Below are positions 12,379 to 25,838 of a DNA stretch of 64,000 nt, in pieces. Within the stretch, counting starts at the first letter, position 1. Every line of letters starts with the position of its first letter. The position numbers were made by a program, and so were the translations under genes. The notes beneath the pieces are model-generated. The model had not been told where the DNA came from. It made no database searches and worked only from the letters and a program-made list of their open reading frames with translations. This stretch comes from Negaprion brevirostris (Eukaryota): contig JARDVH010000121.1 in assembly GCA_030324005.1 (NCBI GenBank), forward strand, positions 51,044,824-51,108,823, in the 5' to 3' direction.

Positions 12379-12811
12379 TTTCTTACCAACCATTTAGCCA
12401 AATGTAGGGTGACAGATGTGATGGTTGTACAAAAGGAGTCAAGCTCTGTTCAATTATAAGAGTATTCAGCTCTGAGAATGTGACATGAGGCTGATGAGAC
12501 AAACTATATCTGGTAAACTAGACTTGGAGAACACAGCCCTGAAGTTTGCATGCCCAGAGGAGCAGGGTGAAGCAAAATACACATTTGAGAGATTATAATA
12601 AATTGTAATTTACTTTATTTTACTCTAACAGCAAAAATGGATTTCAATACAGATAGTGCACAATTTTGCCTATGTCCCTTAATAGGTTTAACCTATGTTA
12701 ATCTCAGAATTTGCCGCAGTCAAACAATGGGAAAGTAAAGAAAATAGTCGATAAGTAGTTGATTAGGATGTGAAAAGGGTGATTTACTGGTACGATGAGC
12801 AGCACCACGAG

Positions 12812-13076
12812 TAGCCTCACAGTTCCAGGGACACGGTTTCAATTGCCGGCTTGGGTCGCTGTCTGTGCGGGATTTACACGTTCTCCCCATGTCTACGTGG
12901 GTTTCCTCTGTGCTCCAGTTTCCTCCCACAGCCTGAAAGATGTACTGGTTAGGTGCATTGGCCATGCTAAATTCTCCCTCAGTGTACTCGAACAGGCGAC
13001 GGAGTGTGGCAACTAGGAGATTTTCACAGTAACTTCATTGCAGTGTTAATGTAAGCCTACTTGTGACGCTACTTTA
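12812..13076 (+). mobile_element. V-SINE, type B tail
   Basis: Truncated head, V-domain and type B tail. Confidence 0.88.
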
Positions 13077-13902
13077 AAGTGATATAGATGCGGAAAAAAT
13101 GGTCAAATAATGGACTGTAGGGTCTGTGGCTTGGTTTCTACATTGAAAAGTATTTGATTCTCCCTTTGGCTAGCTTGTGATCTAATCTGTATTAGCAAGA
13201 TTCCACTATATTTGTGCATGACTTGGGTCTAACTAGGAGAGGTTTGTTCAAAAACACTATTTATTTACACAACATTCATAATAATCTTCCAGGTAAATGC
13301 AGTTTTCTCATGCACATGCTAATCTTCCTTTCGTCTTAATCTCTTATACATGACTGCTGGAGCTACTGTCATATCATACTACACATCACTATCTCATTCC
13401 CAGAAATAATAACACTGTAGCTTCTTTCTGGGCATCAGAATTTTTGCACATTGTGCCAGACAGGACTTTGAGAGTTGGGATGCTGGAAATGAGGATCTGT
13501 CAATGAACCTTTATCATGCCATGGAGCTCTCCCACTTCTGACCGACCAATTATCACTCAATTCTGCAAGCGTGAGTAATGACCGGCAATGATGTTTCACC
13601 AGTCAGAAGTGAAACATGCTGTTGGCAAAACAAAAACGCACCATCACCACTTTCAAATATGGTTGAGGGCTGGTTCTATCACAAGGGATTTGTCCTTTAA
13701 AATAGGTCTAACTGAGCCATTTTATCTTGTCTGTTCCATCCCTCTGGGTTCAATTATAACAACATATGGATCTGTCCTGTACAAAAAAAAGCCAAGTTAT
13801 TTCGAAGGTTCAAAATGAAATTCAAGCCATTTTTGATACAGAGTGAAAATCAATTTATTGGGTAGAAAGAACGCAGTTATCGAAATAATAATAATTATAC
13901 AG

Positions 13903-14224
13903 ACAGCAGGGTGGCACGGTGATTAGCACTGCTGCCTCACAGTACCAGGGACCCGAGTTCGACTCCTGGCTTGGGTCACTGTCTGTGTGTGTGGAGTTTG
14001 CACATTGTCCCCGTCTCTGTGCGGGTTTCCTCCAGCTGCTCCGGTTTCCTCCCACATTCCAAAAATGTGCAGGTTGGGTGGATTGGCTGTGCTAAATTGC
14101 CCCTTAGTGTCAGGGGAACTTGCTGGGGTAAATGCATGGGATTAGGGCCTAGGTGGGATTGTGGTCGGTACAGACTCGATGAGCCGAATGGTCTCCTTCT
14201 GCACTGTAGGGATTCTATGATTCT
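13903..14224 (+). mobile_element. HE1-type V-SINE (type A)
   Basis: Full length, ends GATTCTATGATTCT. Confidence 0.92.
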
Positions 14225-15674
14225 AAAACACATTAACTAAGGGCTNNNNNNNNNNNNNNNNNNNNNNNNNNNNNNNNNNNNNNNNNNNNNNNNNNNNNNN
14301 NNNNNNNNNNNNNNNNNNNNNNNNNNNNNNNNNNNNNNNNNNNNNNNNNNNNNNNNNNNNNNNNNNNNNNNNNNNNNNNNNNNNNNNNNNNNNNNNNNNN
14401 NNNNNNNNNNNNNNNNNNNNNNNNNNNNNNNNNNNNNNNNNNNNNNNNNNNNNNNNNNNNNNNNNNNNNNNNNNNNNNNNNNNNNNNNNNNNNNNNNNNN
14501 NNNNNNNNNNNNNNNNNNNNNNNNNNNNNNNNNNNNNNNNNNNNNNNNNNNNNNNNNNNNNNNNNNNNNNNNNNNNNNNNNNNNNNNNNNNNNNNNNNNN
14601 NNNNNNNNNNNNNNNNNNNNNNNNNNNNNNNNNNNNNNNNNNNNNNNNNNNNNNNNNNNNNNNNNNNNNNNNNNNNNNNNNNNNNNNNNNNNNNNNNNNN
14701 NNNNNNNNNNNNNNNNNNNNNNNNNNNNNNNNNNNNNNNNNNNNNNNNNNNNNNNNNNNNNNNNNNNNNNNNNNNNNNNNNNNNNNNNNNNNCAATCCGC
14801 AAGATGGGAGAATTCCAATCGAATCCACCACGTTGAACGCATCTTTAAAATGTGATCATTTCAAGAAGTTCTGTGCTTTTACTGATGTCCACTAATGCAG
14901 AAAAGGGCCCGTGCATGCAAGTATTTTCTTATGCATTTATTCAGTGGGAAGTGTTCAAAACAATTGCCTTGCGTTGTTCAGTGCAGGGGCACTACAGACT
15001 GAAAAAACCTGAGAACATCTGCAGGAATGTTTTAGCATACACAGAGTTCAATAATGGAGAAAGTTCAAAGAAGTGGATGAATTCAAGGAAATATCCTATT
15101 TTGGCCAATGGGTTATTTTTGGTAAATGCCATTTTAAAGTGTAGAATCTGTCTGAGAGCACGAGTCATAAAATGTAAAGCAAAATAAGCAAGAACTTAAT
15201 TATATTGGGGCAGATTTTCCTTTTCATCTCCTGGACGGTAATCCAGGGAAGATTGACTGTGCATTCTGGAACTCGCCAATGTTTTATTCTATTCGTTCTG
15301 GACAATCAACTCTGACAGATTACTGATGAGATGGTAGAAACATGAACTATCCCATGATGTGCTGTGATTAATAACTCATTCACAGTCCAGAGCTTTAGCA
15401 TCAGCATGAAACCAAAACATAATAACAGTGCTGAACTTAAACTATAGAATATCTGTGAAAGCCCAGACTCCATAGAAGAGGGAGATGCCTTCCTCAGATC
15501 CTGGAGCCAGACTCAGGCTATACTTAGGTGATAATTGTAATGTCAATAATTTGCACAAGCATTACAAGTATTGTCTATGTGTACTCATTACACTGTGAAG
15601 CTAGGAGATAGTGCTGTATTAGTACTTGCATACATGAACAGCGTGTTGCTCCCCTGGTGGGAATTTTACTATAT

Positions 15675-16175
15675 AAATACAGAAAAAGCTGGAAAAACCT
15701 CAGCAGGTCTGACAGCATCTGCGGAGAGAGAATACAGCCAATGTTTTGAATCAGGTGACCGAAAGGCTGTATTCTCTCTCCACAGGTGCTGCCAGGTCTC
15801 ACTGACACATAGAATTGCAGAAGGAGGCCATTTGGCCCATCGAGTCTGCACTGACCACAATTCCACCCAGGCCCTATTCCCATAACCCCCTCATTTACCC
15901 TGCTAATCCCTCTGACACTAGGGTTAATTTAGCACGGGCAATCAACCTAATCCGCACATCTTTGGACTGTGGGAGGAAGCTGGGGCACCCGGAGGAACCC
16001 ATTCAGACACAGGGAGAATGTGCAAGCTCCACACTGACAGTGTCCCGAGGCCAGAATTGAACCTGGGTCCCTAGTGCTAACCACTGTTCTGCCATGCCAC
16101 CCATGAAACCTGCTGAGATTTTCCAGCATTTTCTGTTTTTGTACCAGATTCCAGCATCTGCAGTATTTTGCTTTT
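15675..16175. mobile_element. Fold-back Penelope-like element with nested SINE
   Basis: Left arm 15678-15740 is the reverse complement of 15764-15795 plus 16108-16135. Confidence 0.65.
15808..16102 (-). mobile_element. HE1-type V-SINE (type A)
   Basis: Reverse CR1 tail, V-domain and head. Confidence 0.9.
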
Positions 16176-17137
16176 TAAAAATGGGAGTTTTATGATGTTG
16201 GGAGACGGTAAATTTTTTAAGCTACCTGGGAGATCGAATGGTCCTCTTAAGCGCTTCATTATCACAACCCCACATTTGGGAGTGCGGTTATATTTCATTC
16301 ACTGCCAAGCCCAAGTGGCATGAGATGGTCTCCTACAGGATGTTCCCATGTCATATAGCCCTGTTTCTTTCATCAGACCTGCCTGTGATATTAGGTTGTT
16401 ACTTTAATGACAACTTGTTTATAATGCACATCAATGTCTGAAAGTTATTGCCATAAATTGGAGAGTTCAGACAATTAAATCACTTGGTTAGATGTGTGGG
16501 TCATCCATTAACCATACCTCCTGCTGAAAGCTGCTAATTTTCCTTGTAACTGTTTTTTTTTCTTACCTGCCAGCTGGTCTTCTTTGTGAGAGTTCCTGAG
16601 GATAATTTTTATCAGCTTCTACATTGCACAGCATCGTTCTGGTGCTGTTTAAAGCTCCAATCATTTGAACAAAAATGCTACTTGTCTTTTTTCCCACAGG
16701 ATCAAATGGTTTTCCAGCTTAGAAAATACCCTCTTACAGCCAATGACATAATAATGTTATCAACACACAGTGAGATCAGATTTAATAATTGACACAGCTT
16801 CCTGTAAAACACATAGTTGATTTGATTGACAATATTTGAGGTAATAAATAACCCATTGCCTAACTTTATTATATTTTTCATAAACAGGTCTCCAATAGGT
16901 ACAGCATTTCTTATGTAGGCACATTTAACATAAGAGTCAAAACATTAAATCTATTTAAATACTAAGACTGTGGATTCTGACAGAAGCTTTCTTTATGCTT
17001 TGTGGTTAATTAATTTGTAGCTAATAAAATTTCATTTGGAGATACACCTTTGCAATCCAAGATGATGTCAGCTTGGTATTTGAATCATAGAATTTCTACA
17101 GTGCAGAAGCAGGCCATTCGGCCCCTTGAGCCTGAAC

Positions 17138-17646
17138 TTTGATTTGATTTATTATTGTCACATGTATTAACAGACAGTGAAAAGTATTGTTTCTTGTGCT
17201 ATAGACAGACAAAGTCTATAATGGAGGAAATGAGAGGGTGCAGAATGTAGTGTTACAGTCATAGCTAAGGTTTAGAGAAACATCAACTTACTGTGAAGTA
17301 GGTCCATTCAAAAATCTGATGGCAGCAGGGAAGAAGCGTTTCTTGAGACGGTTAGTACGTGACCTCAGACTTTTGTATCTTTTTTCCGACAGAAGAAGGT
17401 GGAAGAGAGAACGTCCAGAATGTGTGGGGTCCTTCACTATATTGGCTGCTCTGCCGAGGCAGCAGGAAATGTAGACAGAGTCAATGGATGGGAGGCTGGT
17501 TTGTGTGATGGATTGGGCTACATTTATGACCTTTTGTAGTTCCTTGCAATCTTGGGCAGAGCAGGAACTATACCAAGCTGTGATACAACCAGAAAGAATG
17601 CTTTCTATGGTGCATCTGTAAAAGTTGGTGAGAGTTGTAGCTGACA
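17138..17646 (-). mobile_element. Rex1/Babar-type LINE 3' end
   Basis: (ATTTG)n end; same sequence as 19116-19746 and 57362-57722; runs into an N gap. Confidence 0.8.
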
Positions 17647-17921
17647 NNNNNNNNNNNNNNNNNNNNNNNNNNNNNNNNNNNNNNNNNNNNNNNNNNNNNN
17701 NNNNNNNNNNNNNNNNNNNNNNNNNNNNNNNNNNNNNNNNNNNNNNGATTGTCCCACCAGCAGCAGAACTAACAGTGCAATAGGGAGGATCAAGCCCACT
17801 GTTTCTCAGGTTTGATTTACTTGCTGTATGACTGCCAACACTTGATTCAGCCAGAGTGCACCTCCCCTTTAAAAAGATGCAAGCTTGCTTTATGTGGAAA
17901 GTAACAATTTTTTAATTATTT

Positions 17922-18225
17922 GGGACAGCATGGTGGCACAATGGTTATCACTGCTGTCTCATAGCGCCAGGGATCCAGGTACAATTCTGGCCTCAGATCA
18001 CTGACTGTGTGGACCTTGCATATTCTCCCCGTGTCTGTGAGGATTTCCTCCAGGTGATCTAGTTTCCTCCCATGTTCTAAAGATGTGCTGGTTAGGTGGA
18101 TTGACAATGCTAAAATTGGCTCTCGTGTTAGGGGGTTAGCAGGGTAAATATGCAGGGTTACAGGAATTGGGCCTCGGCGGGATTGTGGGCTGTATGGTCT
18201 CTTTCTGCGCTATAAGGATTCTAGG
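17922..18225 (+). mobile_element. HE1-type V-SINE (type A)
   Basis: Head, V-domain and degenerate CR1 tail. Confidence 0.85.
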
Positions 18226-18239
18226 GATGCGGTCACAAC

Positions 18240-18512
18240 CTCAGCGTTTGTTGTTCTTGAACTGAGTGGCTTAAAATGTCCTTTCAGAGGGCATATTGTG
18301 GAGAGTCTGGAATCACAAACTGAAATGGCAGATTGTTTTTTTTACAATCAATGACAGTTGTCACAATCATCTTTACTGAGACTCGTTTTATTAAATTGAG
18401 TATTGAGTTTAATCTTGACCAGCTACCTTGGTGGGATTTGAACCCATGTCTCCAGAGCACAAGCCTGAGCTTATAGATTATTAGTCCAGTTACAATGCCA
18501 CTACGCCACCAT
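18240..18512 (-). mobile_element. tRNA-SINE family C
   Basis: Reverse head GGTGGCGTAGTGGCATTGTAACTGGACTAATAATC...GGTTCAAATCCCACC. Confidence 0.75.
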
Positions 18513-19115
18513 CCGTCCAGTATTTTTGGCCCATTGCTGATGCATATAGGCAATGAGCAGCAAAGTTAGCGCTGAGTGCACACAACATAAAGTTGCTGTC
18601 TAGCTGCCTCCATTACACTGAACGGGTAGGAATTAATCACACATCTTGATTCCCCATTCTCATTTTCATGGGTTATGCAATTTGTTGACAGTATCATACC
18701 TCAAAAAACTTCATTCTCAGTTCGAGTGACTGCCATCTGCTCCCATGTTGAGTGTCTTAAAAGTGTGAATTTCAATAACGTGGATCCATTTGGAAAAGGA
18801 ATGGGGAAGAACATAAAATGAATCAGCCCACCTCATTTATATGCTCTGGTATGGAAAGGTGTGGCCTGCATGCAGGCCCGGTCTCTGCTTGTGTGTTGAT
18901 GTTTTCCGCATGCTCCAGGAGGCAAAAGTGTTCAGGTTTCATGCAGATTTTTCTCTTTAAAGGCATCGTTCCTACAAAAAAGAAGTTGCAACAATGTCTG
19001 CAGGCTGCTGGAAAATTGCTTTTGGTCACTGACAGAGAGGCATGCTATACCAAAGAAAGAAAAGGGCATAAAGATTTAGTGGTGCTGCCTGTATGTACTC
19101 TGTCTAGGCATTTTT

Positions 19116-19746
19116 TGATTTGATTTATTATTGTCACATCTATTAGTATACAGTGAAAAGTATTGTTTCTTGCACACTATACAGACAAAGCATACTGTTC
19201 ATAGAGAAGAAAGGAGGGAATGCAGAATGTAGTCTTACAGTTATAGCTCGGGTGTAGAGAAAACTTAGTGTGAGGTAGGTCCATTCAAAAATCTGATGGC
19301 AGCAGGGAAGAAGCTGTTCTTGAGTAGGTTGGTATGTGACTTCGGACTTCTGTATCTTTTTCCCGATAGAAGAAGGTGGAAGAGAGAACGTTTGGACTGC
19401 ATGCGGTTCTTAATTATGTTGGCTGCTTTTCTGAGGCAGTGGGAAGTGTAGACAGCGTCAATGAATGAGAGACTGGTTTACACAATGGATTAGCCTACAT
19501 TCATGACACTTTGTAGTTTCTTGCAGACTTGGGCAGAGCAGGAGACATATCAAGCTGTGATACAACCAGAAAGAATGCTTTCTATGGTGCATCTGTAAAA
19601 GTTGGTGAGAGTTGTAGCTGACACGCCAAAGTTTCTTTAGTCTTCTGAGAAAGTAGAAAAGTTGGTGGGCTTTCTTAACTATAGTGTCAGCATGGGGGGA
19701 ACAGGACAGGTTGTTAGTGATCTGGACACCTAAAAACTTGAAGCTG
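19116..19746 (-). mobile_element. Rex1/Babar-type LINE 3' end
   Basis: Minus strand encodes the C-terminal ...NLLKNSFFPAAIRFLN motif, followed by the TGTGACAATAATAAATCAAATC tail. Confidence 0.82.
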
Positions 19747-19749
19747 ACA

Positions 19750-19983
19750 ACAATCCTACGCCATACCTATCCCTTTAAGTCCACATATTTATCCTACTAA
19801 TCCCCTTGCAACAAAGGAGCAATTTAACATGTGGACTGTGGAAGGAAGCCAGAGCAACCAGAGGAAATCCGCACAGACATGGGAAGAACATGCAAACTCC
19901 CACAGATAGTCATCCGAGGCCAGAATTGAACCTGGGTCCCTGGTGCTGTGAGGTAGTAGTGTTAATTACTGCGCCACCATGTC
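19750..19983 (-). mobile_element. HE1-type V-SINE fragment
   Basis: Reverse head and V-domain. Confidence 0.75.
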
Positions 19984-20957
19984 ACCTGTATCCAGGAATG
20001 ATATTGCACACTGATGTTGCTAAATGTATCAAGTGGAGGTTTTGCAAATATCAACCTATATTCAAATCTTACCCACTGCAAATTATTCCTTAGTCTAATC
20101 CCTTCACTGTGAAGTGTCGAAAGCCTACTGTGTACGTACATCATCCTCAATATTACTCTCATCTTCAGAACTGACATTTTTTTCTGCACTTTTCGAAGGG
20201 CCTTTAAAATTAAGTGGAGAAAAATGATAGGGAAACTAAAACCTGCCCCCTTGGCTGATGTGAGAGTGAAATGAAGGGTGAGTGCGCTGATGTTCCCATC
20301 CTATTTGCAACCATTTATCTTTTTCTAATATAATAGGGTTACTGACAGAGTATGTAAAGAAATAAGCCATTTTATCACTAAAAACCATAATTTCCCTCTA
20401 AGTTGGTGCTGTGGTTTATTTGAGGTTTTGAACTGATAATGTGAACAGTGCACCATTTCCTCAGGAAATATTTCATTGAACATAGCAGTGCCCTCTTATG
20501 GCATTGAAACCTATAATCCTGAAGTCCCACCTTATTGCCTTCTGCAAATAGGAAGCTAGTGAATGAAATGCACTTTATTCTACAATTAATGTTTCATCCT
20601 TGCAATCTTTAACCACAAATCAGCAAAATAATTGATACTGTCTATGGATTACAAAAACATTTCTGAACTGCCAAATAGCTTCAGTTATATATTTGATACC
20701 AGTAAAGGCACAAGTGTCATTGGATATGAAAATTAAATATCATGTTAGCATTATACATTAACATATCTCCACTTTTGATTAGTCAGTGCTCTGTTATCAA
20801 CTTTTCCACGAAGCAGGTCTCTTTAAGTTTTTAAAAAGACCCCATTGAAGAAGCCCATGTGTGAAAAAATACCAATTTATTTAAGTGAAACGGAAGTATT
20901 GGAGTAAAATAGAGTAAATGAACCCCTTGCATACATAACCCCATACATAACTCATCC

Positions 20958-21258
20958 TGTTATGTATACCCCTGTGGACTGAGAGGCGTAAAGCGTCACA
21001 AGGTAGGCTCAAATGCTGGGAATTGTTTATTGAAGGTGTGTACTCGTTCATAGCCTGGTCTAAGACTACACAACAGGGTCTCCCACTGGGTAGAGCTAAT
21101 AGCCCTGGGTCCCCTGACCCGTACGCTTAAAGGGGCAGTTCATACCCCAAACCCCAACATACTAGGGGCAAATTTTTCCTGTCCCAGGCCATGCAAAGGT
21201 CTGTTGACCTTGGGTAGGATCTTGAGTGGGGCTGGAAAACTGCACCCTATATATCACA
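20958..21258. mobile_element. Possible short solo LTR
   Basis: TGTTA...TCACA boundaries and a reverse AATAAA; weak. Confidence 0.3.
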
Positions 21259-21867
21259 CATGGATTAACATTTAAAATCTCTTTAAAGGCAAACCATAAG
21301 TTATATTTTGTTTGGAAAAGTATTTATCAGAACCTGCGCACTGCAAAGAGATGGTAATTATTGATTCCAATGTTGTGAAGTAGATAACACTGCTGGAATA
21401 GCTGCCTTACCCTATATCTTACTGGAGTGTTTGAAAGAGAATTGGAATATTGTTGTCATTACAGAGCTCCAGTAGGACAGTTTTGCTGAGGTTCATTCAT
21501 GCCTGTTTGTGGCCTTTGCCTGCACCCTGATAGAATCAGTTGTATGTGGATTGGCAATGTAAACAGAGTGGTTGAGTTTCTCTGTTCTGATATTCATAAA
21601 CTGTTGTCCCATTCCCATGGAGATGGAACCTATCCCCTCTGAGTCAGTGATACATTTGAAACCTGTCTCACCTGATGGAAGTTGGCATTATTGAAGTGAG
21701 CACATCAGTGTACTCCAGGCAATATGTTTTAGACTGGCAACAGTAAACTCATGAATATCTCCTGTGTAATAAAGAACATAGCAATAGGGCAAGCTGGAAT
21801 TTCCAACCTCAGCGCCACGGGTCCCATTTTAGCAGATGCGACAAGTCAACCGAAGGTCTATTGACTT

Positions 21868-22170
21868 ATAGAATCATAGAATTCCTACAGTGCAGAAGGG
21901 GGCCATTTGGCCCATCAAGCCTGCACTCCTACCCATGCCCTATCCCCTTAACCCCACCTACTTACTCTGCTAGTCTTCGTGACATTAAGGGGTAATTTAG
22001 CATGGCCAATCAACCCAGCCCGCATATCTATGGAGTATGGGAGGGAACTGGAGTACCTGGAGAAAACCCACACAGACACGGGAGAATGTGCAAATTCCAC
22101 ACAGACAGTCACCCAAAGGCTGGGTCCTTGGCGCGGTGAGGCAGCAGCGCTAACTACTGTGCCACTGTGC
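21868..22170 (-). mobile_element. HE1-type V-SINE (type A) inserted in a MITE
   Basis: Full reverse copy; flanks 21795-21865 and 22175-22230 are MITE halves. Confidence 0.88.
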
Positions 22171-24584
22171 CGTCCACTTTGGCAGGACTGGAAGATTCTG
22201 CCAGTAGGAGGGACTGGAAAATCTCCACAGAGTCCTGTCCTGCATTGCATAAGAGTGAGGAAGAATCTACACCAAGAGACATGATGAGTTTTGCGATGAT
22301 ACACTTGCCTCAGATAATAGATCAAGATGAATTATTGAATTGTATTGAATTAGCACCTAACATTCTGTTCCATTGCAGTCCTTGATCTTTTTTATAGCTG
22401 GAATTCAAAGAAAATAGTTGGAGCAATTTTCTTAGCAGGGGCAAGTTAATAAAGCTGTTAACTTTCTTGACAGTCAGAGTTTTACTGCAGTCATTTATGA
22501 ATGTATGAAAACAAATACTATCCAAAACCCTAGGCAGCAGAATCTCACTGCTCTTTCATAATGGGCAAGATGTTCTGGCTCTTCACACTGATGAGATTGT
22601 CCAGTCCTGCCAAAGTCTGTGGACATTTAAATGGTTCGCTGTATCTACCATAAGGAAACACGCTGCAGCAAAGCCAGAAAATCCCAGCTAGTGTACATTT
22701 GGCATCGGAGAATAAAGTTTTGAAATTGTTTTACTTTGAAGAAAGAGGTGTAAAATGACATTTATAGTCATGGGGGAGTGGGGATCATATCGGATTGTCC
22801 CACTAATCGATCAGCATGGTGTGCTGATAAGATCAGGCGAGAGGCGAAAAATTGGTTCTAAAAATCATGACCTTACCAGCATTGTTTTACCAACGAAATA
22901 GGCTTTGCGCCCATATAGAAGGAGCCTAGCACATGGAGCGATTGGCAGCGGATTCCAATGTCCATTGGAATTAATGTTTGTGGGGAGTGTTTAAGTCACG
23001 GGTAGATAGATTTCTGATCGAAAGGGGAATTAAGGGTTATGGGGAACAGGCGGGAAAGTGGANNNNNNNNNNNNNNNNNNNNNNNNNNNNNNNNNNNNNN
23101 NNNNNNNNNNNNNNNNNNNNNNNNNNNNNNNNNNNNNNNNNNNNNNNNNNNNNNNNNNNNNNNNNNNNNNNNNNNNNNNNNNNNNNNNNNNNNNNNNNNN
23201 NNNNNNNNNNNNNNNNNNNNNNNNNNNNNNNNNNNNNNNNNNNNNNNNNNNNNNNNNNNNNNNNNNNNNNNNNNNNNNNNNNNNNNNNNNNNNNNNNNNN
23301 NNNNNNNNNNNNNNNNNNNNNNNNNNNNNNNNNNNNNNNNNNNNNNNNNNNNNNNNNNNNNNNNNNNNNNNNNNNNNNNNNNNNNNNNNNNNNNNNNNNN
23401 NNNNNNNNNNNNNNNNNNNNNNNNNNNNNNNNNNNNNNNNNNNNNNNNNNNNNNNNNNNNNNNNNNNNNNNNNNNNNNNNNNNNNNNNNNNNNNNNNNNN
23501 NNNNNNNNNNNNNNNNNNNNNNNNNNNNNNNNNNNNNNNNNNNNNNNNNNNNNNNNNNNNNNNNNNNNNNNNNNNNNNNNNNNNNNNNNNNNNNNNNNNN
23601 NNNNNNNNNNNNNNNNNNNNNNNNNNNNNNNNNNNNNNNNNNNNNNNNNNNNNNNNNNNNNNNNNNNNNNNNNNNNNNNNNNNNNNNNNNNNNNNNNNNN
23701 NNNNNNNNNNNNNNNNNNNNNNNNNNNNNNNNNNNNNNNNNNNNNNNNNNNNNNNNNNNNNNNNNNNNNNNNNNNNNNNNNNNNNNNNNNNNNNNNNNNN
23801 NNNNNNNNNNNNNNNNNNNNNNNNNNNNNNNNNNNNNNNNNNNNNNNNNNNNNNNNNNAACACGTTAATGTAGAGCTCAATTTTCCATCAATTCTCTCAA
23901 GTATACAGTTAGGAGCCTAGAAGCTTCGTTCTTTGCTATTCCATAGCATTCAAGTTTCAATCAAAGCAACTGCCGCAAAATGTAGAAATCCTCCTAATCC
24001 GCAAATGCAGATTTGTGAATCGCCACTGCCGACATACAATATATTTCAGCATTGATATGGATCAAGGTGTCAGGTATTAATGCACTACTGCCAAGCTGCA
24101 ATCTCATCTAGCAAGGTGGAAGAGGCTGAACGGATAGTAATTGTCAAGTTTAAATTTGTCATTCGTTTTTTGGCTAGGACATAACTACTACTTTTTTCCA
24201 GGAGTATCATCCTTACAAAAGATCCATTATTCTCTTGGAATGAATGGAGCCTGCTAGTGTGGGCACGGTTAAGGTGGTGGGGTGTGTGTGCCAGGAGAAT
24301 CGGACATATCCGACAAACAAAAACATATGAGCGAGGAGCAGGAGAAGATCACTTGGCCCCTCGAGTCTGCTCCGCCATTTGATGAGATCATGGTTCCTTT
24401 GACCCAGTTGTCAGTCAAGGATCAATCCAACAGACCCCTAAGAATATTCAATGATCCAACCTCCACTGCATTCTGGGGAAGAGAATTCCACAGACTAAAG
24501 ACTCTGTGAGAGAAAATATTACACCTAGTCTCTTTCTTAAATAGGAGACCCTCTATTTTTGAACTCTGCTCCCTAGTTCCTGAC

Positions 24585-24790
24585 TGTGATTTTCTGGCAT
24601 CCTCTCTTTGGTGGGTTTTCCCATGGAGGACGTGGCTCACTTTTGGCTGCCAGTGGGATATTCCTGTCCCGCCGAAGCCACTTGGTGTTGCTCACCGGTC
24701 ATGCCACCAGGAAACCTGCAATGGAGGATCGCCTTCAGTGGGACTGGAAGAACCCGCCAGCAGCATGGGCAGGAGAGGTCCCTCCCACCT
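24585..24790. mobile_element. PIF/Harbinger-type MITE
   Basis: Internally palindromic; same family as 29119-29316 and 29901-30110. Confidence 0.6.
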
Positions 24791-25683
24791 CAATATTTCC
24801 ATAACACACTCCATCTGCCACATTTTTCTTCAATCACTTATCTAGGTTGCTCATTATTTCTTCAAAGAACTCTAATAAATTAATCAAACGCTATCTCCCT
24901 TTCACAAAAACACGTTAATTCTGCTTCATTGCATTAAAATTTTCTAATTGCCCTCCTAGAACCTCTTCAATAATAGATTTCAGCATTTTCCCTCTGACAG
25001 AATGTAGGCTATTGGCCTGTAATCTCTTGCTTTCTGTCTCCTTCCTTTCCTGAATTGAAGGGTGGGATTTTTCACTTCTGTCCACATCGGGCAGGTTCAG
25101 CGACAGGAGTGGAACATATTGCAAAAAGGTCAAAGCCACATTTTATGTCTAACAAGAAGCAGGAAAGGATTATTCCTCCTGTCTCTTCCAGCCCTCCCCA
25201 TCTTTAAATTCCTTAGTTATCCATGAATAATGCACCCTTCTCTTCGAGTTTTTATTTCTTTCCTACTGAAATGTATTTTTGCTGTGTTATGAAATATCTT
25301 AATAATATCTTCCCATGCACTTCTACAGACTTATCCCTTAAGCTGGTTTCCTGGTTCACTTTTGTCAGCTGTCTTCATGCGCTATGAATTATACTTAGTT
25401 TAAACCGCTAGTCTTAGACCCACTCCTCTCTCCCTCAAATTGGAAGCAAAATTCAATCATGTTATGATCATTGCTACTACTTGGGATGCCTTCACTACAA
25501 AGTCATTAATTCATCCAATCCTATTACACATTACCAGGTTGGTTTTTGAATGTGATGGTCTAATATACTCTGCCAAAAACATTCCATGAACTCATCTCCC
25601 TGGCTGCCTTTGCCACTCTGATTTGTCCAATCTATATGTAGATTAAAATCACCCATGATTATTACCATACTTTTCTTACAAGC

Positions 25684-25838
25684 CCCTCCACACCCTAGCT
25701 ATGACTGTACACTACACTCTGCACTCTCTCATTTCCTTCTCTATCTATGGTACACTTAGTCTGTATAGCGCACAAGAAACCATATTTTTCACTGTATGTT
25801 AATACATGTGACAATAATAAATCAAATCAAATCAAATC
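25684..25838 (+). mobile_element. Rex1/Babar-type LINE tail
   Basis: TTTTCACTGTATGTTAATACATGTGACAATAATA(AATCA)n; reverse complement of the 17138/19116 ends. Confidence 0.85.

Noticed and set aside
13903-13975. tRNA-like sequence with A and B boxes, recurring many times
   Set aside because: These are SINE heads running into the V-domain, not tRNA genes.
14223-14842. Long X-filled ORFs (also 22978-23920 and 52302-52859)
   Set aside because: Artefacts of translating assembly gaps.
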